NCBI RefSeq assembly: GCF_000020025.1
Contig: NC_010628.1
Span: forward strand, 4,710,001-4,742,000
Length of the DNA stretch: 32,000 bases
DNA from: Nostoc punctiforme PCC 73102
GTDB taxonomy: Bacteria; Cyanobacteriota; Cyanobacteriia; Cyanobacteriales; Nostocaceae
Reading direction: 5' to 3'
Under the pieces are notes generated by a model. That model was not told the DNA's origin, did not search any database, and saw only the letters and a program-made list of their open reading frames with translations. The position numbers and the translations under genes were made by a program. Of this stretch, positions 15,969-25,792 are shown piece by piece. The stretch's first letter is position 1. Each line of letters starts with the position of its first letter.

Positions 15969-18908
15969 TTATGAGGAATAAGCATCCATTGGCAGACATG
16001 AGCAAACAAAATTCCGATCGCCAAAAGCTGCATCAATGCGACCGACAGCAGGCCAGAATTTATACTCACGAGTCCAAGGTGCAGGATAGGCAGCTTGTTC
16101 ACGAGAATAGGGATGCTGCCATTCTCCGGTGATGAGACTTTCGGCAGTGTGGGGTGCGTTCTTCAAAACATTATCTTGAGCATCCACCTTGCCAACTTCT
16201 ATTTCGGCAATTTCTTGGCGAATAGCAATCAACGCATCACAGAAACGATCCAACTCTTGCTTAGATTCACTTTCTGTAGGTTCCACCATGATTGTACCCC
16301 CTACAGGCCAGGAGACAGTCGGCGCATGGAAACCATAATCCATGAGACGCTTGGCGACATCATCGATTTCGATCGCAGCTGATTTTTTGAGCGATCGCAA
16401 ATCTAAAATACATTCATGGGCAACTAGACCATTTTTCCCCTGATACAAAACCGGATAGTACGATTCTAGTTTTTTCGCAATGTAGTTAGCGTTGAGAATC
16501 GCCACTTTAGTAGCTTGGGTTAAACCATCTGCACCCATCATGGCGATGTACATCCAAGAAATCACCAAGATACTTGCACTACCCCAAGGCGCAGCCGCCA
16601 CAGCACCAATATGTGAGTGCTGAGTTGAGTCGTTGATAGTAACAACAGGATGTCCGGGTAGAAAAGGCACAAGATGAGAGGCTACCCCAATGGGCCCCAT
16701 ACCAGGGCCACCGCCACCATGAGGAATACAGAAGGTTTTGTGCAAGTTTAAATGGCAGACATCCGCGCCAATATCTCCAGGACGGCAAATTCCCACTTGG
16801 GCATTCATATTTGCCCCATCCATGTAAACTTGTCCGCCATGACTATGGACAACAGCGCAGATTTCCTGAATTGGTTCCTCAAACACACCGTGAGTTGAGG
16901 GATATGTCACCATTAAGGCGGCGAGTTCATGGCTGTGTTTTTCTGCCTTTGCCTTCAAGTCATCAACGTCAATATTACCTTGTGAGTCACAGGCAACTGC
17001 CACCACCTTCATCCCACACATTACCGCACTTGCTGGGTTTGTCCCGTGTGCCGAGGTAGGAATCAAACAAACATTGCGGTGTGCTTCACCCCGATTTTCG
17101 TGATATTGACGAATTACTAAAAGTCCAGCATATTCACCCTGAGAACCAGCATTTGGTTGCAGAGAAATTCCGGCAAACCCGGTAATTTCAGCTAACCATG
17201 CCTCAAGTTGCTGGAATAGGATTTGATAACCCTGAGTTTGCGACGCAGGGGCAAATGGATGAATCTTGCCAAATTCTTCCCAAGTTACCGGAATCATTTC
17301 AGCAGTTGCATTCAACTTCATTGTGCAAGAACCCAAAGGAATCATCGATGTCGTTAGCGACAAGTCCTTGCTTTCCAGCTTGTGCAGATAACGCAACAAC
17401 TCAGTTTCTGAGTGATAACGGTTAAATACAGGATGGGTAAGATAGTTACTGGTGCGGGCAAAGGTTGAGTTTTGTAGAGATGATTTGCGCCGTGCTGCAA
17501 TTAAGTCTCCAATTTCTTTAAAACCGAACAATAGACTATCAGGTGCTGCAAAAATCTCGAAAAGCTCTATTAAATCATCTGCTGTAGTTGTTTCATCTAC
17601 AGAGATACCAACGGCAGTGTCATCAAAAATCCGCAGGTTAATATTCCGTGCTTGACAAGCTTCGAGAATTACCTCTAGGCTGCGTGTTCCCAATTCTACT
17701 CGCAGTGTATCAAAGAAATGTTCAGAACTAATTTTGTAACCCAGATGCTTTAGTCCTGCTGCCAACATTAAAGTTAGCTGGTGGATATTCTCCGCAATTT
17801 GCTTAAGTCCATCTGGCCCATGATAGACGGCGTACATACTCGCCATTACCGCCAGTAGCACCTGTGCAGTACAAATATTACTAGTAGCTTTCTCGCGGCG
17901 GATGTGCTGTTCGCGGGTTTGCAACGCAAGACGTAATGCAGGCTTACCTTGAGCATCTTTTGATACTCCTACAATTCGCCCTGGAACCAGCCGCTTATAC
18001 TCTTCCTTCGTAGCAAAGTATGCCGCATGAGGTCCCCCAAACCCCAACGGAATACCGAAACGCTGGGTGCTGCCCACAGCAATATCAGCGCCAAATTCCC
18101 CAGGAGGGGTGAGCAAAGTTAAACTTAAAGGATCTGCTGCTACCGTCACCAATGCACCCTTAGCATGGGCTTTTTCTATAAAAGCGCGGTAGTCGTAAAT
18201 GGTGCCATCACTTGCAGGGTATTGCAAAACAGCCCCAAAAATTGCTCGATCAAAATCAAATGTTTGATGATCGCCGACAATGATATTAATCCCTAATGGT
18301 TTAGCACGTGTTTGTAACACGTCAATAGTTTGGGGATGGCAGTCATGAGAGACAAAATAGGCATTTGCCTGATTTTTGGAGACACCATAGCTTAGACTCA
18401 TTGCTTCAGCTGCGGCTGTGGCTTCATCTAGTAACGAAGCATTGGCGATTTCCAAACCTGTAAGATCAATAATCAGGGTTTGGAAATTTAGTAGCGCTTC
18501 CAGTCGTCCTTGGGCAATTTCTGGTTGATAAGGAGTGTAAGCAGTATACCAACCTGGATTTTCTAAGATGTTACGCCCAATTACAAGCGGGGTAATAGTG
18601 TCGTAATATCCCATACCGATATATGAGCGGAAAACCTGATTTTTAGCAGCAATTTTTTTTAAGGATGCCAGTGCTGCATACTCACTTTCGGCTTCTGGTA
18701 ACTTTAGCGGTTGCTTCAGGCGGATTGTCTGGGGAACTGTTTTGTCAATTAGGGCATCCAGGCTGGGAAATCCCAAAACCTTAAGCATTTGCTGGATGTC
18801 GTCGGAGTTAGGGCCAATGTGTCTTGGCGCAAAACTACTTAATTTTTGACTTTTTTGATTCAGCACTTGCTGCTCATTCGATTTGAGAATAGGGGCGTTC
18901 AATACCAC
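15969..18908 (-). CDS. gcvP: Glycine dehydrogenase (decarboxylating), glycine cleavage system P protein
   Basis: 979-aa ORF (GTG start in the track) with unmistakable GcvP blocks ([25 protein letters not shown](A)[28 protein letters not shown](V)SWPV). It lies in an operon with gcvT and gcvH. Confidence 0.95.
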   Translation of the reverse strand: MVLNAPILKSNEQQVLNQKSQKLSSFAPRHIGPNSDDIQQMLKVLGFPSLDALIDKTVPQTIRLKQPLKLPEAESEYAALASLKKIAAKNQVFRSYIGMGYYDTITPLVIGRNILENPGWYTAYTPYQPEIAQGRLEALLNFQTLIIDLTGLEIANASLLDEATAAAEAMSLSYGVSKNQANAYFVSHDCHPQTIDVLQTRAKPLGINIIVGDHQTFDFDRAIFGAVLQYPASDGTIYDYRAFIEKAHAKGALVTVAADPLSLTLLTPPGEFGADIAVGSTQRFGIPLGFGGPHAAYFATKEEYKRLVPGRIVGVSKDAQGKPALRLALQTREQHIRREKATSNICTAQVLLAVMASMYAVYHGPDGLKQIAENIHQLTLMLAAGLKHLGYKISSEHFFDTLRVELGTRSLEVILEACQARNINLRIFDDTAVGISVDETTTADDLIELFEIFAAPDSLLFGFKEIGDLIAARRKSSLQNSTFARTSNYLTHPVFNRYHSETELLRYLHKLESKDLSLTTSMIPLGSCTMKLNATAEMIPVTWEEFGKIHPFAPASQTQGYQILFQQLEAWLAEITGFAGISLQPNAGSQGEYAGLLVIRQYHENRGEAHRNVCLIPTSAHGTNPASAVMCGMKVVAVACDSQGNIDVDDLKAKAEKHSHELAALMVTYPSTHGVFEEPIQEICAVVHSHGGQVYMDGANMNAQVGICRPGDIGADVCHLNLHKTFCIPHGGGGPGMGPIGVASHLVPFLPGHPVVTINDSTQHSHIGAVAAAPWGSASILVISWMYIAMMGADGLTQATKVAILNANYIAKKLESYYPVLYQGKNGLVAHECILDLRSLKKSAAIEIDDVAKRLMDYGFHAPTVSWPVGGTIMVEPTESESKQELDRFCDALIAIRQEIAEIEVGKVDAQDNVLKNAPHTAESLITGEWQHPYSREQAAYPAPWTREYKFWPAVGRIDAAFGDRNFVCSCLPMDAYSS

Positions 18909-19079
18909 AAATTACTCTCCAGATGGTACTCTTTCATATTTTGCAATAAATACTCATGAGAAGTAGGTGTAAATTTCTAATTCATCTAAATTTCATGACT
19001 TATCTTCGAGTGGAGTGGTAAGAGGACACGGTGACGCAGGGAAATTTCATTCTCTGCGTCCCTGCATCTTTTTTCTTCT

Positions 19080-19469
19080 TTACTCGCCTTCCACCTGTGC
19101 ACGATACTCATCTGCTGTCAAGGCATCCTCAATTTCACCAGGGTCATTGACGCGCACTTTCAAAAACCATCCCTCACCATAGGGGTCTTCTGAAACTTCT
19201 TCAGGAGAATTAATTAAGGCTTCATTGCGTTCTATAACAGTGCCTGTGACTGGTGAATTCAGTTCTTCAACGGCTTTCACTGATTCAATTGTGCCAAAGT
19301 TTTCTCCCCTGGTAAGAGCATCGCCAATTTCTGGCAGTTCCAAAAAGACGATATCACCCAATTCATGTACGGCAAACTCAGTAATGCCAATAGTGGCAAT
19401 TTCGCCATCTATTCGAACGTATTCATGAGAATCGAGGTATCTAAAATCTTGAGGATATTCAAAAGACAT
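19080..19469 (-). CDS. gcvH: Glycine cleavage system H protein (lipoyl carrier)
   Basis: 129-aa ORF with the lipoyl-lysine motif ([11 protein letters not shown]), plus YLDSHEYV and GITEFA..ELGD.VF.ELPE. Confidence 0.95.
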   Translation of the reverse strand: MSFEYPQDFRYLDSHEYVRIDGEIATIGITEFAVHELGDIVFLELPEIGDALTRGENFGTIESVKAVEELNSPVTGTVIERNEALINSPEEVSEDPYGEGWFLKVRVNDPGEIEDALTADEYRAQVEGE

Positions 19470-19594
19470 ATCACTTCCTCTCCCTTATCAAAAAAATTAT
19501 TGCCCCAAAAGTCATCCAAGCCATATTTGGTAATGAACCTTACTGTAGATTGAGTAACTCACAACACATTATTCCTTAAAAACCCCAGCGCTTA

Positions 19595-20773
19595 TCAGTT
19601 GGCAGCACGATTTTTTGACCGATAAAAGGGACGTTTAACTACAACTGCTGGGTAAGCTTTGCCGCGAATTTCGACTTCTAGCTGTTGACCAACGGTTGCT
19701 AATTGGGTAGGAACGTAAGCTAAAGCAATGGGATAACCCAGTGTAGGCGACAGAGTGCCACTAGAAACTTCTCCCACAACTTTACCTGTGGATAACACTT
19801 GGTAGCCATGACGGGCAATATTGCGTCCTTGGGTTTGTAAACCTACCAATCGACGCTTCACTCCCTTGGATTTTTGCTCTGCTAAAACTTCTCTTCCAAT
19901 AAAATCACCTTTGGTATCTAAGTGGACTAGCCACCCCAAACCTGCTTCTAAGGGTGTGGTGGTGTCATCAATATCTTGTCCGTAAAGTGCCATTGCTGCT
20001 TCTAGGCGCAGAGTGTCTCTCGCACCAAGTCCACAGGGGATAACACCACTTTTATGGAGACTTCGCCACAATTCTACTCCCACATCTAGGTCTACCATCA
20101 CCTCAAAGCCATCTTCTCCGGTGTAACCTGTGCGGGCCAGGAAGGCAGGTTTACCTAGTAAGGTTGCTTCTAAATGTCCGAAGGCTTTGATTGGTTGTAA
20201 GTCTTCTTGCACTAAAGGTTGGAGATATTTAATCGCTTTTGTCCCTTGCACCGCAATTAAGACTTTATCTGGTGAAAGGTCTTGGAATTGCACTTTATCC
20301 AGGTCAAGATGTTGTAAAATCCATGCTTTATCTTTACCAGAGGTTGCTGCATTGACGATAATAAATGCCTTTTGTATACCAGTGGTGTCTTCACCTTGGT
20401 AATAAACAATGATGTCGTCAATAATTCCCGCTTGGTGGTTTAACAATACGGTGTATTGTGCTTGACCGGGTTGCAATCGGCTCAAGTCTGAAGGCACTAG
20501 AGACTGGAGTTGGGAAATGAGATTTTTACCTTGGAGGGTAAATTTACCCATGTGGGAAATATCGAACATTCCGGCTGCATTTCTTACAGCCTCATGTTCT
20601 CGGCTAATGCCACTAAATTGCACGGGCATTTCCCAACCACCAAAGCTGGTAAAGCGGGCTTTGAGTTCTACACCCACTTGATATAAAGGGGTTCGCGCCA
20701 GAGATTGGGTGTTGTCTTCTTGATTAGCCACAGGTAATTTTGCGTAGATGCGGAGCAACTTGCCTTTAGGCAT
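19595..20773 (-). CDS. gcvT: Aminomethyltransferase, glycine cleavage system T protein
   Basis: The ORF has GcvT motifs (FGGWEMPVQF, MFDISHMGKF, GYTGEDGFE, RDTLRLEA). The true start may be the internal GTG near 20731 (VANQEDN...), so the 392-aa length is an upper bound. Confidence 0.9.
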   Translation of the reverse strand: MPKGKLLRIYAKLPVANQEDNTQSLARTPLYQVGVELKARFTSFGGWEMPVQFSGISREHEAVRNAAGMFDISHMGKFTLQGKNLISQLQSLVPSDLSRLQPGQAQYTVLLNHQAGIIDDIIVYYQGEDTTGIQKAFIIVNAATSGKDKAWILQHLDLDKVQFQDLSPDKVLIAVQGTKAIKYLQPLVQEDLQPIKAFGHLEATLLGKPAFLARTGYTGEDGFEVMVDLDVGVELWRSLHKSGVIPCGLGARDTLRLEAAMALYGQDIDDTTTPLEAGLGWLVHLDTKGDFIGREVLAEQKSKGVKRRLVGLQTQGRNIARHGYQVLSTGKVVGEVSSGTLSPTLGYPIALAYVPTQLATVGQQLEVEIRGKAYPAVVVKRPFYRSKNRAAN

Positions 20774-20859
20774 CGCACCTCAACATCTATCATCCTACGA
20801 GATGCTTTCTGGTTTTACAGTCTTGTGTATCAAATTAGGGCATGGGGCATTGGGCATTG

Positions 20860-21030
20860 AACATGAAGAAGAGACAAGGGAGACAAGGAAGAGGGGGGAG
20901 ACAAGGAAGAGGGGGGAGACAAAAGAGAGACTTGTTCAATAATTCCCCCTTGTCTTCCTGGCTCCCCTGCTGCTCCCTGCCCCACGCACTCTCTCCACTC
21001 CCCACTCCCTTGTCCCCTTCTGTGAGGTTT
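20860..21030. repeat. Purine-rich 18-bp tandem repeats followed by a pyrimidine-rich imperfect inverted copy
   Basis: GAGACAAGG occurs at 20871, 20880 and 20898, with a diverged GAGACAAAA copy at 20916 (unit GGAGACAAGGAAGAGGGG). From 20945 to 21030 the sequence is C/T-rich with complementary CCCCCTTGTCTTCC and CTCCCTTGTCCCC. The region lies in the divergent gcvT / pentapeptide-gene intergenic space. Confidence 0.8.
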
Positions 21031-21073
21031 AATAGTTAATGGTAGAAGTGTTGAGATTTATTAAGAAGAGATT

Positions 21074-21571
21074 ATGAAATATTGGCGACTGTTAGCTAGC
21101 TTTGTTTTAGCTATGGTTCTTTTTTTGTTTCCCCTATCGGCGGAAGCTGCAAGTTCTTCTAGCATTACCCGTTCTATGGGTAATGATGAACTAAAGGCGA
21201 AGGATTACTCTGGTCAAAATTTAGTTGGTAGTGAGTTTACCAATCTCAAATTAGAGAATGCTAATTTTAGCAATGCTGACTTACGTGGTGGCGTTTTTAA
21301 CGGTACCCTATTGGAAGGAGTAAATCTGCATGGTGTTGATTTTAGTGAAGGCATAGCTTATCTCACAAGGTTTAAGGATGCTGATTTAAGTGATGCTGTC
21401 TTGACCGATGCAATGATGCTACGTTCTACTTTTGACGATGTAAATGTCACAGGCGCTGATTTTACAAATGCAATTTTAGATGGAACGCAAGTGAAAAAGC
21501 TTTGTGTTAAAGCAAGTGGGGTAAATTCTAAAACTGGTGTAGATACTCGTCAGTCTTTAGGATGTAAGTAA
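21074..21571 (+). CDS. Pentapeptide-repeat protein with N-terminal signal peptide (thylakoid-lumen/periplasmic type)
   Basis: 165-aa ORF. A hydrophobic signal ends in SAEA-A. It is followed by consecutive A(D/N)LxX pentapeptides (ANFSNADLRGGVFNGTLLEGVNLHGVDFSE...). Confidence 0.85.
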   Translation: MKYWRLLASFVLAMVLFLFPLSAEAASSSSITRSMGNDELKAKDYSGQNLVGSEFTNLKLENANFSNADLRGGVFNGTLLEGVNLHGVDFSEGIAYLTRFKDADLSDAVLTDAMMLRSTFDDVNVTGADFTNAILDGTQVKKLCVKASGVNSKTGVDTRQSLGCK

Positions 21572-21578
21572 AATCTAA

Positions 21579-21616
21579 CCCCTCTTCTTGGCTGGTGGAG
21601 AGGGGGATATTATTTT
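21579..21616 (+). terminator. Terminator candidate after the pentapeptide-repeat gene
   Basis: CCCCTCT (21579-21585) / AGAGGGG (21599-21605) form a 7-bp stem with a 13-nt loop, followed by a T-rich GATATTATTTT. The hairpin starts 8 nt after the stop. Confidence 0.45.
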
Positions 21617-21681
21617 AACTAATAGGGGTAGGACAGACTCAGGAAGAATCGTGGTCTAACTAAGAGTCTGAAACAGTCTTT

Positions 21682-21709
21682 AATTACGAATTACGAATTA
21701 CGAATTACA
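21682..21709. repeat. Heptamer tandem repeat (STRR-like), AATTACG x4
   Basis: AATTACG occurs at 21682, 21689 and 21696, with AATTACA at 21703. Short tandemly repeated heptamers are characteristic of heterocystous cyanobacteria. Confidence 0.9.
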
Positions 21710-21759
21710 CGCAGCGATGTCTAACGAAAAGTCGCTACCGCTTCGCTAATGCGTCTACG

Positions 21760-23526
21760 CTAGCGATATGCTTCTTTTAAAAAGCTGGCATAATTTGCCC
21801 GAATTGTCATAGTAGTAGGATGACCTACACCTAAAGTTCGTTCGCAAATTTTCAAAGCTTGTTCAAATAAGGGTTTGGCTTTCTTATAGCGTCTTGTCTG
21901 ACGGTAGAGTGCTGCAAGATTGTTCAGGCTAATGGCGACATCGGGATGTTCCTCTCCCAGTAGGCGTTTACTCAGTTCTAAAGCTTGCTGATACAAAGGT
22001 TCGGCTTTACTGTAACGTCTTGTAGATTCGTAGAGTTGTGCTAAATTATTCAGGCTAGTGGCGACATCAAGATGGTTGTCTCCTAGCAGGCGTTTTCTCA
22101 TTTCTAAAGCTTTTTTCAGCAAGGGTTCGGCTTTGCTATAGCGCCCCATATAACAGTACAATGCTGCTAAATTGTTCAGGGTAGTGGCAACATGGGGATG
22201 TTCTTCTCCCACTAGGCGTTTCCACAGTTTTAAAGCTTGCTGATACAAAGGTTCAGCTTCTTTGTAGCGTCCTGTAGATTCATAGAGTAATGCTAAATAG
22301 CTCAAGGTAGTGGCAACATCGGTATGTTCCTCTCCCAACAGGCGTTTTCTCAGTTCTAAAGCTTGCTGATACAATGGTTCAGCTTCGCTGTAACGTCCTG
22401 TAAAATCGTAAAGTTGCGCTAAATTGTTCAGGCTAGTGGCGACATCGGGATGTTCTAAACCAAGACGATTTTTAGTTAGTTCTACACACTGTTGTAACCA
22501 AGATTCTGCTTGCTGATAAAGTCCTTGACCTTGATAAAACCAGGCTAATTTGGTAAACAGAGTAATGAGATTTTCATCGCTCACATACTGGGATAGGTGG
22601 GTTGCAACTTCTGTTATGTGCGGGATATGTGGAGTGAGATTGGCAATATCTTCAGGGGTAAGCTGTTGCGGAATTAGCTTTGCTACCTCTAACATCATCG
22701 CTGCAAATTTAGTTTTTGCTTCATCCGCCTCGCCTGACTTCTCCAACTTCATTTGGAAAAGTTGCCGAATCATTGGATTTAGACGATAAATTCCTTGACT
22801 TTCCTGTTGTAGTAAATGTAATTCGAGTAAGTCGGCTATAGCTTTATCCCAAAGTTCTTGTTTTTTATCATCTTCTACCGTCCCAATAGATAAGGGAATG
22901 TTAGCTAAGGCAGACAAACTTAGCAAACAGCCAAAGCTTTTTGCATTTTCATCCAACAGTTCCCAACTCAACTCAAAAGCTTCAGCTACACCGTCTTTAT
23001 CAAACATCAATGAGCGATCATTGACCACGTTTTCATGTTCCACTCGCTTTTTCTCTAGCCGCTTCAGTAGTGTTTCCAGAGACAAATCTGGCATCTTATT
23101 CAGATATTGTCCTACTAACTCTAACGCTAAAGGTAAATATCCTAAAAATTTACAAATCCTTCTCGCAATCCAAGGTTCTTTTTGCAGTCTTTCCCGAGCC
23201 ACTAGCGTTTTTAATAATTTCATCGCCGCTAATGGTTTGAGGATATTCAATTCGGTATTATATTTTGCTGTCAGGTAAGATTGTAACTTTTGTAGTTTGT
23301 CCTGACTTTTGGAAATTGTTAACTCAGGATAGTTTTGGGCAAACTTGTTATATACTTCACCTAGTAATTTTTTGAAATCAGCAATATCAACATTTAATTC
23401 GCTAGCAAGTTCCGCTTCATTTTTACCTAAGTTTTCAGTCTGAAAATACTCTATAAAAGCTGCCGTTTGCTGTATGGATAAGCCATGAGTAGCAGCTTCT
23501 TTGGCTAGAAAATTAGCCCATTGCAT
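21760..23526 (-). CDS. HTH - ARC (NB-ARC C-terminal subdomains) - TPR protein lacking the P-loop nucleotide-binding core
   Basis: 588-aa ORF. The N-terminal 90 aa or so resemble a LuxR/sigma70-region-4-like HTH (LSIQQTAAFIEYF...NEAELASELNVDIADFKKLLGEVYNKF). This is followed directly by the ARC motif KFLGYLPLALELVGQYL and a winged-helix part, then about six 42-aa KLC-type TPR units (H.DVATSLNNLA.LY...GRY..AEPLYQQALE..KRLLGEEH). No GxxxxGK[ST] occurs anywhere in the ORF. Confidence 0.75.
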   Translation of the reverse strand: MQWANFLAKEAATHGLSIQQTAAFIEYFQTENLGKNEAELASELNVDIADFKKLLGEVYNKFAQNYPELTISKSQDKLQKLQSYLTAKYNTELNILKPLAAMKLLKTLVARERLQKEPWIARRICKFLGYLPLALELVGQYLNKMPDLSLETLLKRLEKKRVEHENVVNDRSLMFDKDGVAEAFELSWELLDENAKSFGCLLSLSALANIPLSIGTVEDDKKQELWDKAIADLLELHLLQQESQGIYRLNPMIRQLFQMKLEKSGEADEAKTKFAAMMLEVAKLIPQQLTPEDIANLTPHIPHITEVATHLSQYVSDENLITLFTKLAWFYQGQGLYQQAESWLQQCVELTKNRLGLEHPDVATSLNNLAQLYDFTGRYSEAEPLYQQALELRKRLLGEEHTDVATTLSYLALLYESTGRYKEAEPLYQQALKLWKRLVGEEHPHVATTLNNLAALYCYMGRYSKAEPLLKKALEMRKRLLGDNHLDVATSLNNLAQLYESTRRYSKAEPLYQQALELSKRLLGEEHPDVAISLNNLAALYRQTRRYKKAKPLFEQALKICERTLGVGHPTTMTIRANYASFLKEAYR

Positions 23527-23695
23527 AAACAGTTTGCGAAGTTTATTTTAGATTTTACTTTGTCTGTATTTGGAAATCTCCTCTCTTGGGGGTAGAAATC
23601 CTATTTACATAGAAAGATTTCAAAGCAGTGGCTTGTGGTTAAGAATCTTCATTTCAGCTTCTAAGGGTGAAGATTGAGCCTTTTAACCTCAAATT

Positions 23696-23752
23696 TTGAG
23701 TTTGGATCTCAAAAGGGCTAGGCAATATCTATGACGAGCTACGCCTACGCTC
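23696..23752 (+). repeat. Dispersed Nostoc-type repeat (copy B), homologous to 15628-15685
   Basis: See copy A. It has the shared core GCTAGGCAAT(G/A)TCTA(C/T)GA...GCCTACGC. Related shorter cores occur at 8940-8975, 21716-21760 and inside mutS (26590-26625). Confidence 0.65.
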
Positions 23753-23890
23753 TATTTTTACTGTAATTTGGATAAATTTGGATAGAGATATTAAATATTA
23801 CTGGGAAATGATAATATCGCTCATAACTTAGGAACGAATTCAGCAATATTTGCCTCTTGACTAATGACCCCTAACCTTGACCATTAACTA

Positions 23891-25219
23891 ATGACTCAAG
23901 TAGATATTCTCATCCTATCAAATGGCCCTGGTGAGGTAACAACCTGGGTGCGCCCAGTAGTAAGGGCATTGCGACAACAATTCGGCGATGACCGAAATCA
24001 AGTGAGGATCAGCGTAGTTTTATCACCTTGCTCAAATGCTAGTGGTAAAGAAGCTGCGATCGCACTTTCTTATCCAGAAGTAGATAGAGTACAGGCGGCA
24101 GAGCATTTTTGGCAATTTTTGCTCTGGGGTAAAACTATTGACAATTGGGACTGGAGAAGTCGCGGTGTAGTTGTTTTTCTCGGTGGCGATCAAATTTTCC
24201 CCGTAGTCATAGGCAAAAAGCTCGGATATCGCACAGTGGTTTACGCTGAATGGGAGGCCAGGTGGCATAACTGGATTGATCGTTTTGGCGTGATGAAACC
24301 TGAAGTTGCTGCCCGCGCTCCCCATAAATATGCTCACAAATTCACCGTTGTGGGTGATTTGATGGTAGAAGCTAATAGTCATTCGTCATTAGTCATTGGT
24401 GATTTGTCCAACGACAAAGAACTAATGACTAATGACATAGACGCTTCAACGACTTCCCACAGCGTAGGACAAAAGACTGAATTGATTGGTCTACTCCCTG
24501 GATCAAAAGCAGCAAAATTAGCCCAAGGAGTACCATTGTGTTTAAGCATTGCCGAATATGTTCACGCAAAAAGACCGCAAACTAAATTTGTGATTCCTGT
24601 AGCCCCAACTTTGGATTTACAAACTTTAGCTAGTTTTGCCGATCCTCAAAGGAACTCTATTGCTGAAATATTTGGTTTTGGTGGTGCTGCCTTAATTGTC
24701 CCAGAGGACGATAGAGACAAAGCATTGCTCAAAACAGCAAAGGGCGTAACTGTGGAACTGTGGCAAGAAAACCCCGCATATCACTTGTTATCCCAGTGCT
24801 GCATCTGCTTGACTACGGTGGGGGCAAACACTGCCGAACTCGGTGCTTTAGGAGTGCCAATGATTGTTTTGCTGCCAACCCAGCAACTTGATGCCATGCG
24901 TGCTTGGGATGGTTTACCTGGGTTGTTAGCAAATCTGCCAGGGGTGGGTACACCCTTTGCTAACACGATCAATTGGCTATTCCTAAGATTCGTAAGGCGC
25001 AAAGGTTTATTAGCATGGCCAAATATCTGGGCACAGGAAGAGATAGTGCCAGAACTTATGGGTAAACTTCAACCGCCAGAAATTGGGGAAATGGTTGTAG
25101 AGTTATTAGCCCATCCAGAAAAATTGGCTGATATCCGCGCTAAACTCCGTAATATTCGTGGCGAAAGCGGTGCAGCTCTGAAGATAGCACAGATTGTTTG
25201 CGAGGAAATGGGGAAGTAG
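23891..25219 (+). CDS. Lipid-A-disaccharide synthase-related glycosyltransferase (LpxB-like, cyanobacterial clade)
   Basis: 442-aa ORF. The N-terminus ILILSNGPGEVTTWVRPVV matches my recollection of the cyanobacterial LpxB-related family, and GT-B-like C-terminal motifs are present (TTVGANTAELGALGVPMIV). No search was run. Confidence 0.5.
   Translation: MTQVDILILSNGPGEVTTWVRPVVRALRQQFGDDRNQVRISVVLSPCSNASGKEAAIALSYPEVDRVQAAEHFWQFLLWGKTIDNWDWRSRGVVVFLGGDQIFPVVIGKKLGYRTVVYAEWEARWHNWIDRFGVMKPEVAARAPHKYAHKFTVVGDLMVEANSHSSLVIGDLSNDKELMTNDIDASTTSHSVGQKTELIGLLPGSKAAKLAQGVPLCLSIAEYVHAKRPQTKFVIPVAPTLDLQTLASFADPQRNSIAEIFGFGGAALIVPEDDRDKALLKTAKGVTVELWQENPAYHLLSQCCICLTTVGANTAELGALGVPMIVLLPTQQLDAMRAWDGLPGLLANLPGVGTPFANTINWLFLRFVRRKGLLAWPNIWAQEEIVPELMGKLQPPEIGEMVVELLAHPEKLADIRAKLRNIRGESGAALKIAQIVCEEMGK
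24378..24436. repeat. Heptamer-repeat-flanked small element embedded in frame in the LpxB-like gene
   Basis: The left arm is GTCATTCGTCATTAGTCATTGGTGATTTGTCC. The right arm is ACTAATGACTAATGAC, the reverse complement of GTCATTAGTCATTAGT. Together they encode the low-complexity segment SSLVIGDLSNDKELMTND. Boundaries are approximate. Confidence 0.55.
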
Positions 25220-25258
25220 AAGAAGTTACAGTAAGTTTTTCCTTCTTCATCTCTCTAC

Positions 25259-25645
25259 TTAATCGGAAGATTCTCCATCCCTGCGGCCAAGTTCATAAAT
25301 GCCGGCACCCATACAAGCTAATATTCCTGTACTAATTCCCCAACTTTCACCTAAACTAATTTCCAGACCCCAGTTACATAAAGCACCAACTACCAAAAAA
25401 GGCGTGATGCTAAATAATGAGGCGTAGAAAGCATTTTGGGATTCTCTGCCTTTTCGAGTCTTTTCAAACTCTGTCTGGCTGGTATAAAGCGATCGCTCGG
25501 CAAAGTTAAACCAACGGTTGAGTTGTTCGATTACCCATTGATTAACCGGGGAAAAACCTATATATAGCGCCAATGACCACAAACTCGCTCCTGCGATCGC
25601 GATCGTGTCTAACTCAAAGGAAAAAGGCAAAATTTCAGTCAGCAT
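25259..25645 (-). CDS. Small integral membrane protein, function unknown
   Basis: 128-aa ORF with three or four hydrophobic segments (IAIAGASLWSLALYIGF, FYASLFSITPFLVVGALCNWGL, ISTGILACMGAGIY). I recognised no family. Confidence 0.6.
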   Translation of the reverse strand: MLTEILPFSFELDTIAIAGASLWSLALYIGFSPVNQWVIEQLNRWFNFAERSLYTSQTEFEKTRKGRESQNAFYASLFSITPFLVVGALCNWGLEISLGESWGISTGILACMGAGIYELGRRDGESSD

Positions 25646-25792
25646 TGCTTATGGGAGTCCTGCAAAGGGTCAACTTTAGCTTTTAGTAGATGCTAAAAAA
25701 ACCTCTTGTGCAATTTTAAGCATAAAGGTTATCAATATTTCAACTACTTGGCAAATCTCCTGCTCCTTTAAGCTAGGATGTAATTTATCACG

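Noticed and set aside
19020-19079. Possible terminator between gcvH and gcvP (GACGCAG ... CTGCGTC)
   Set aside because: The stem is only 7 bp with a 14-nt loop, and no U-tract follows it on the minus strand. The genes are probably co-transcribed, so it is not annotated.
20748-21039. Two overlapping plus-strand ORFs (64 and 65 aa) encoding RQGRQGRGG / ETRKRGETRKRGE repeats
   Set aside because: They are translations of the purine-rich 18-bp tandem repeat in an intergenic region. They have no RBS and overlap the gcvT start region.
20774-21073. Possible glycine riboswitch upstream of gcvT, prompted by GGAGAG-containing G-rich sequence on the minus strand
   Set aside because: The conserved glycine-riboswitch cores (CACCGAAGGGGCAA-like and CTCAGGCAAAAGGAC-like segments) are absent. 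The G-rich sequence is better explained as a dispersed purine-rich repeat.
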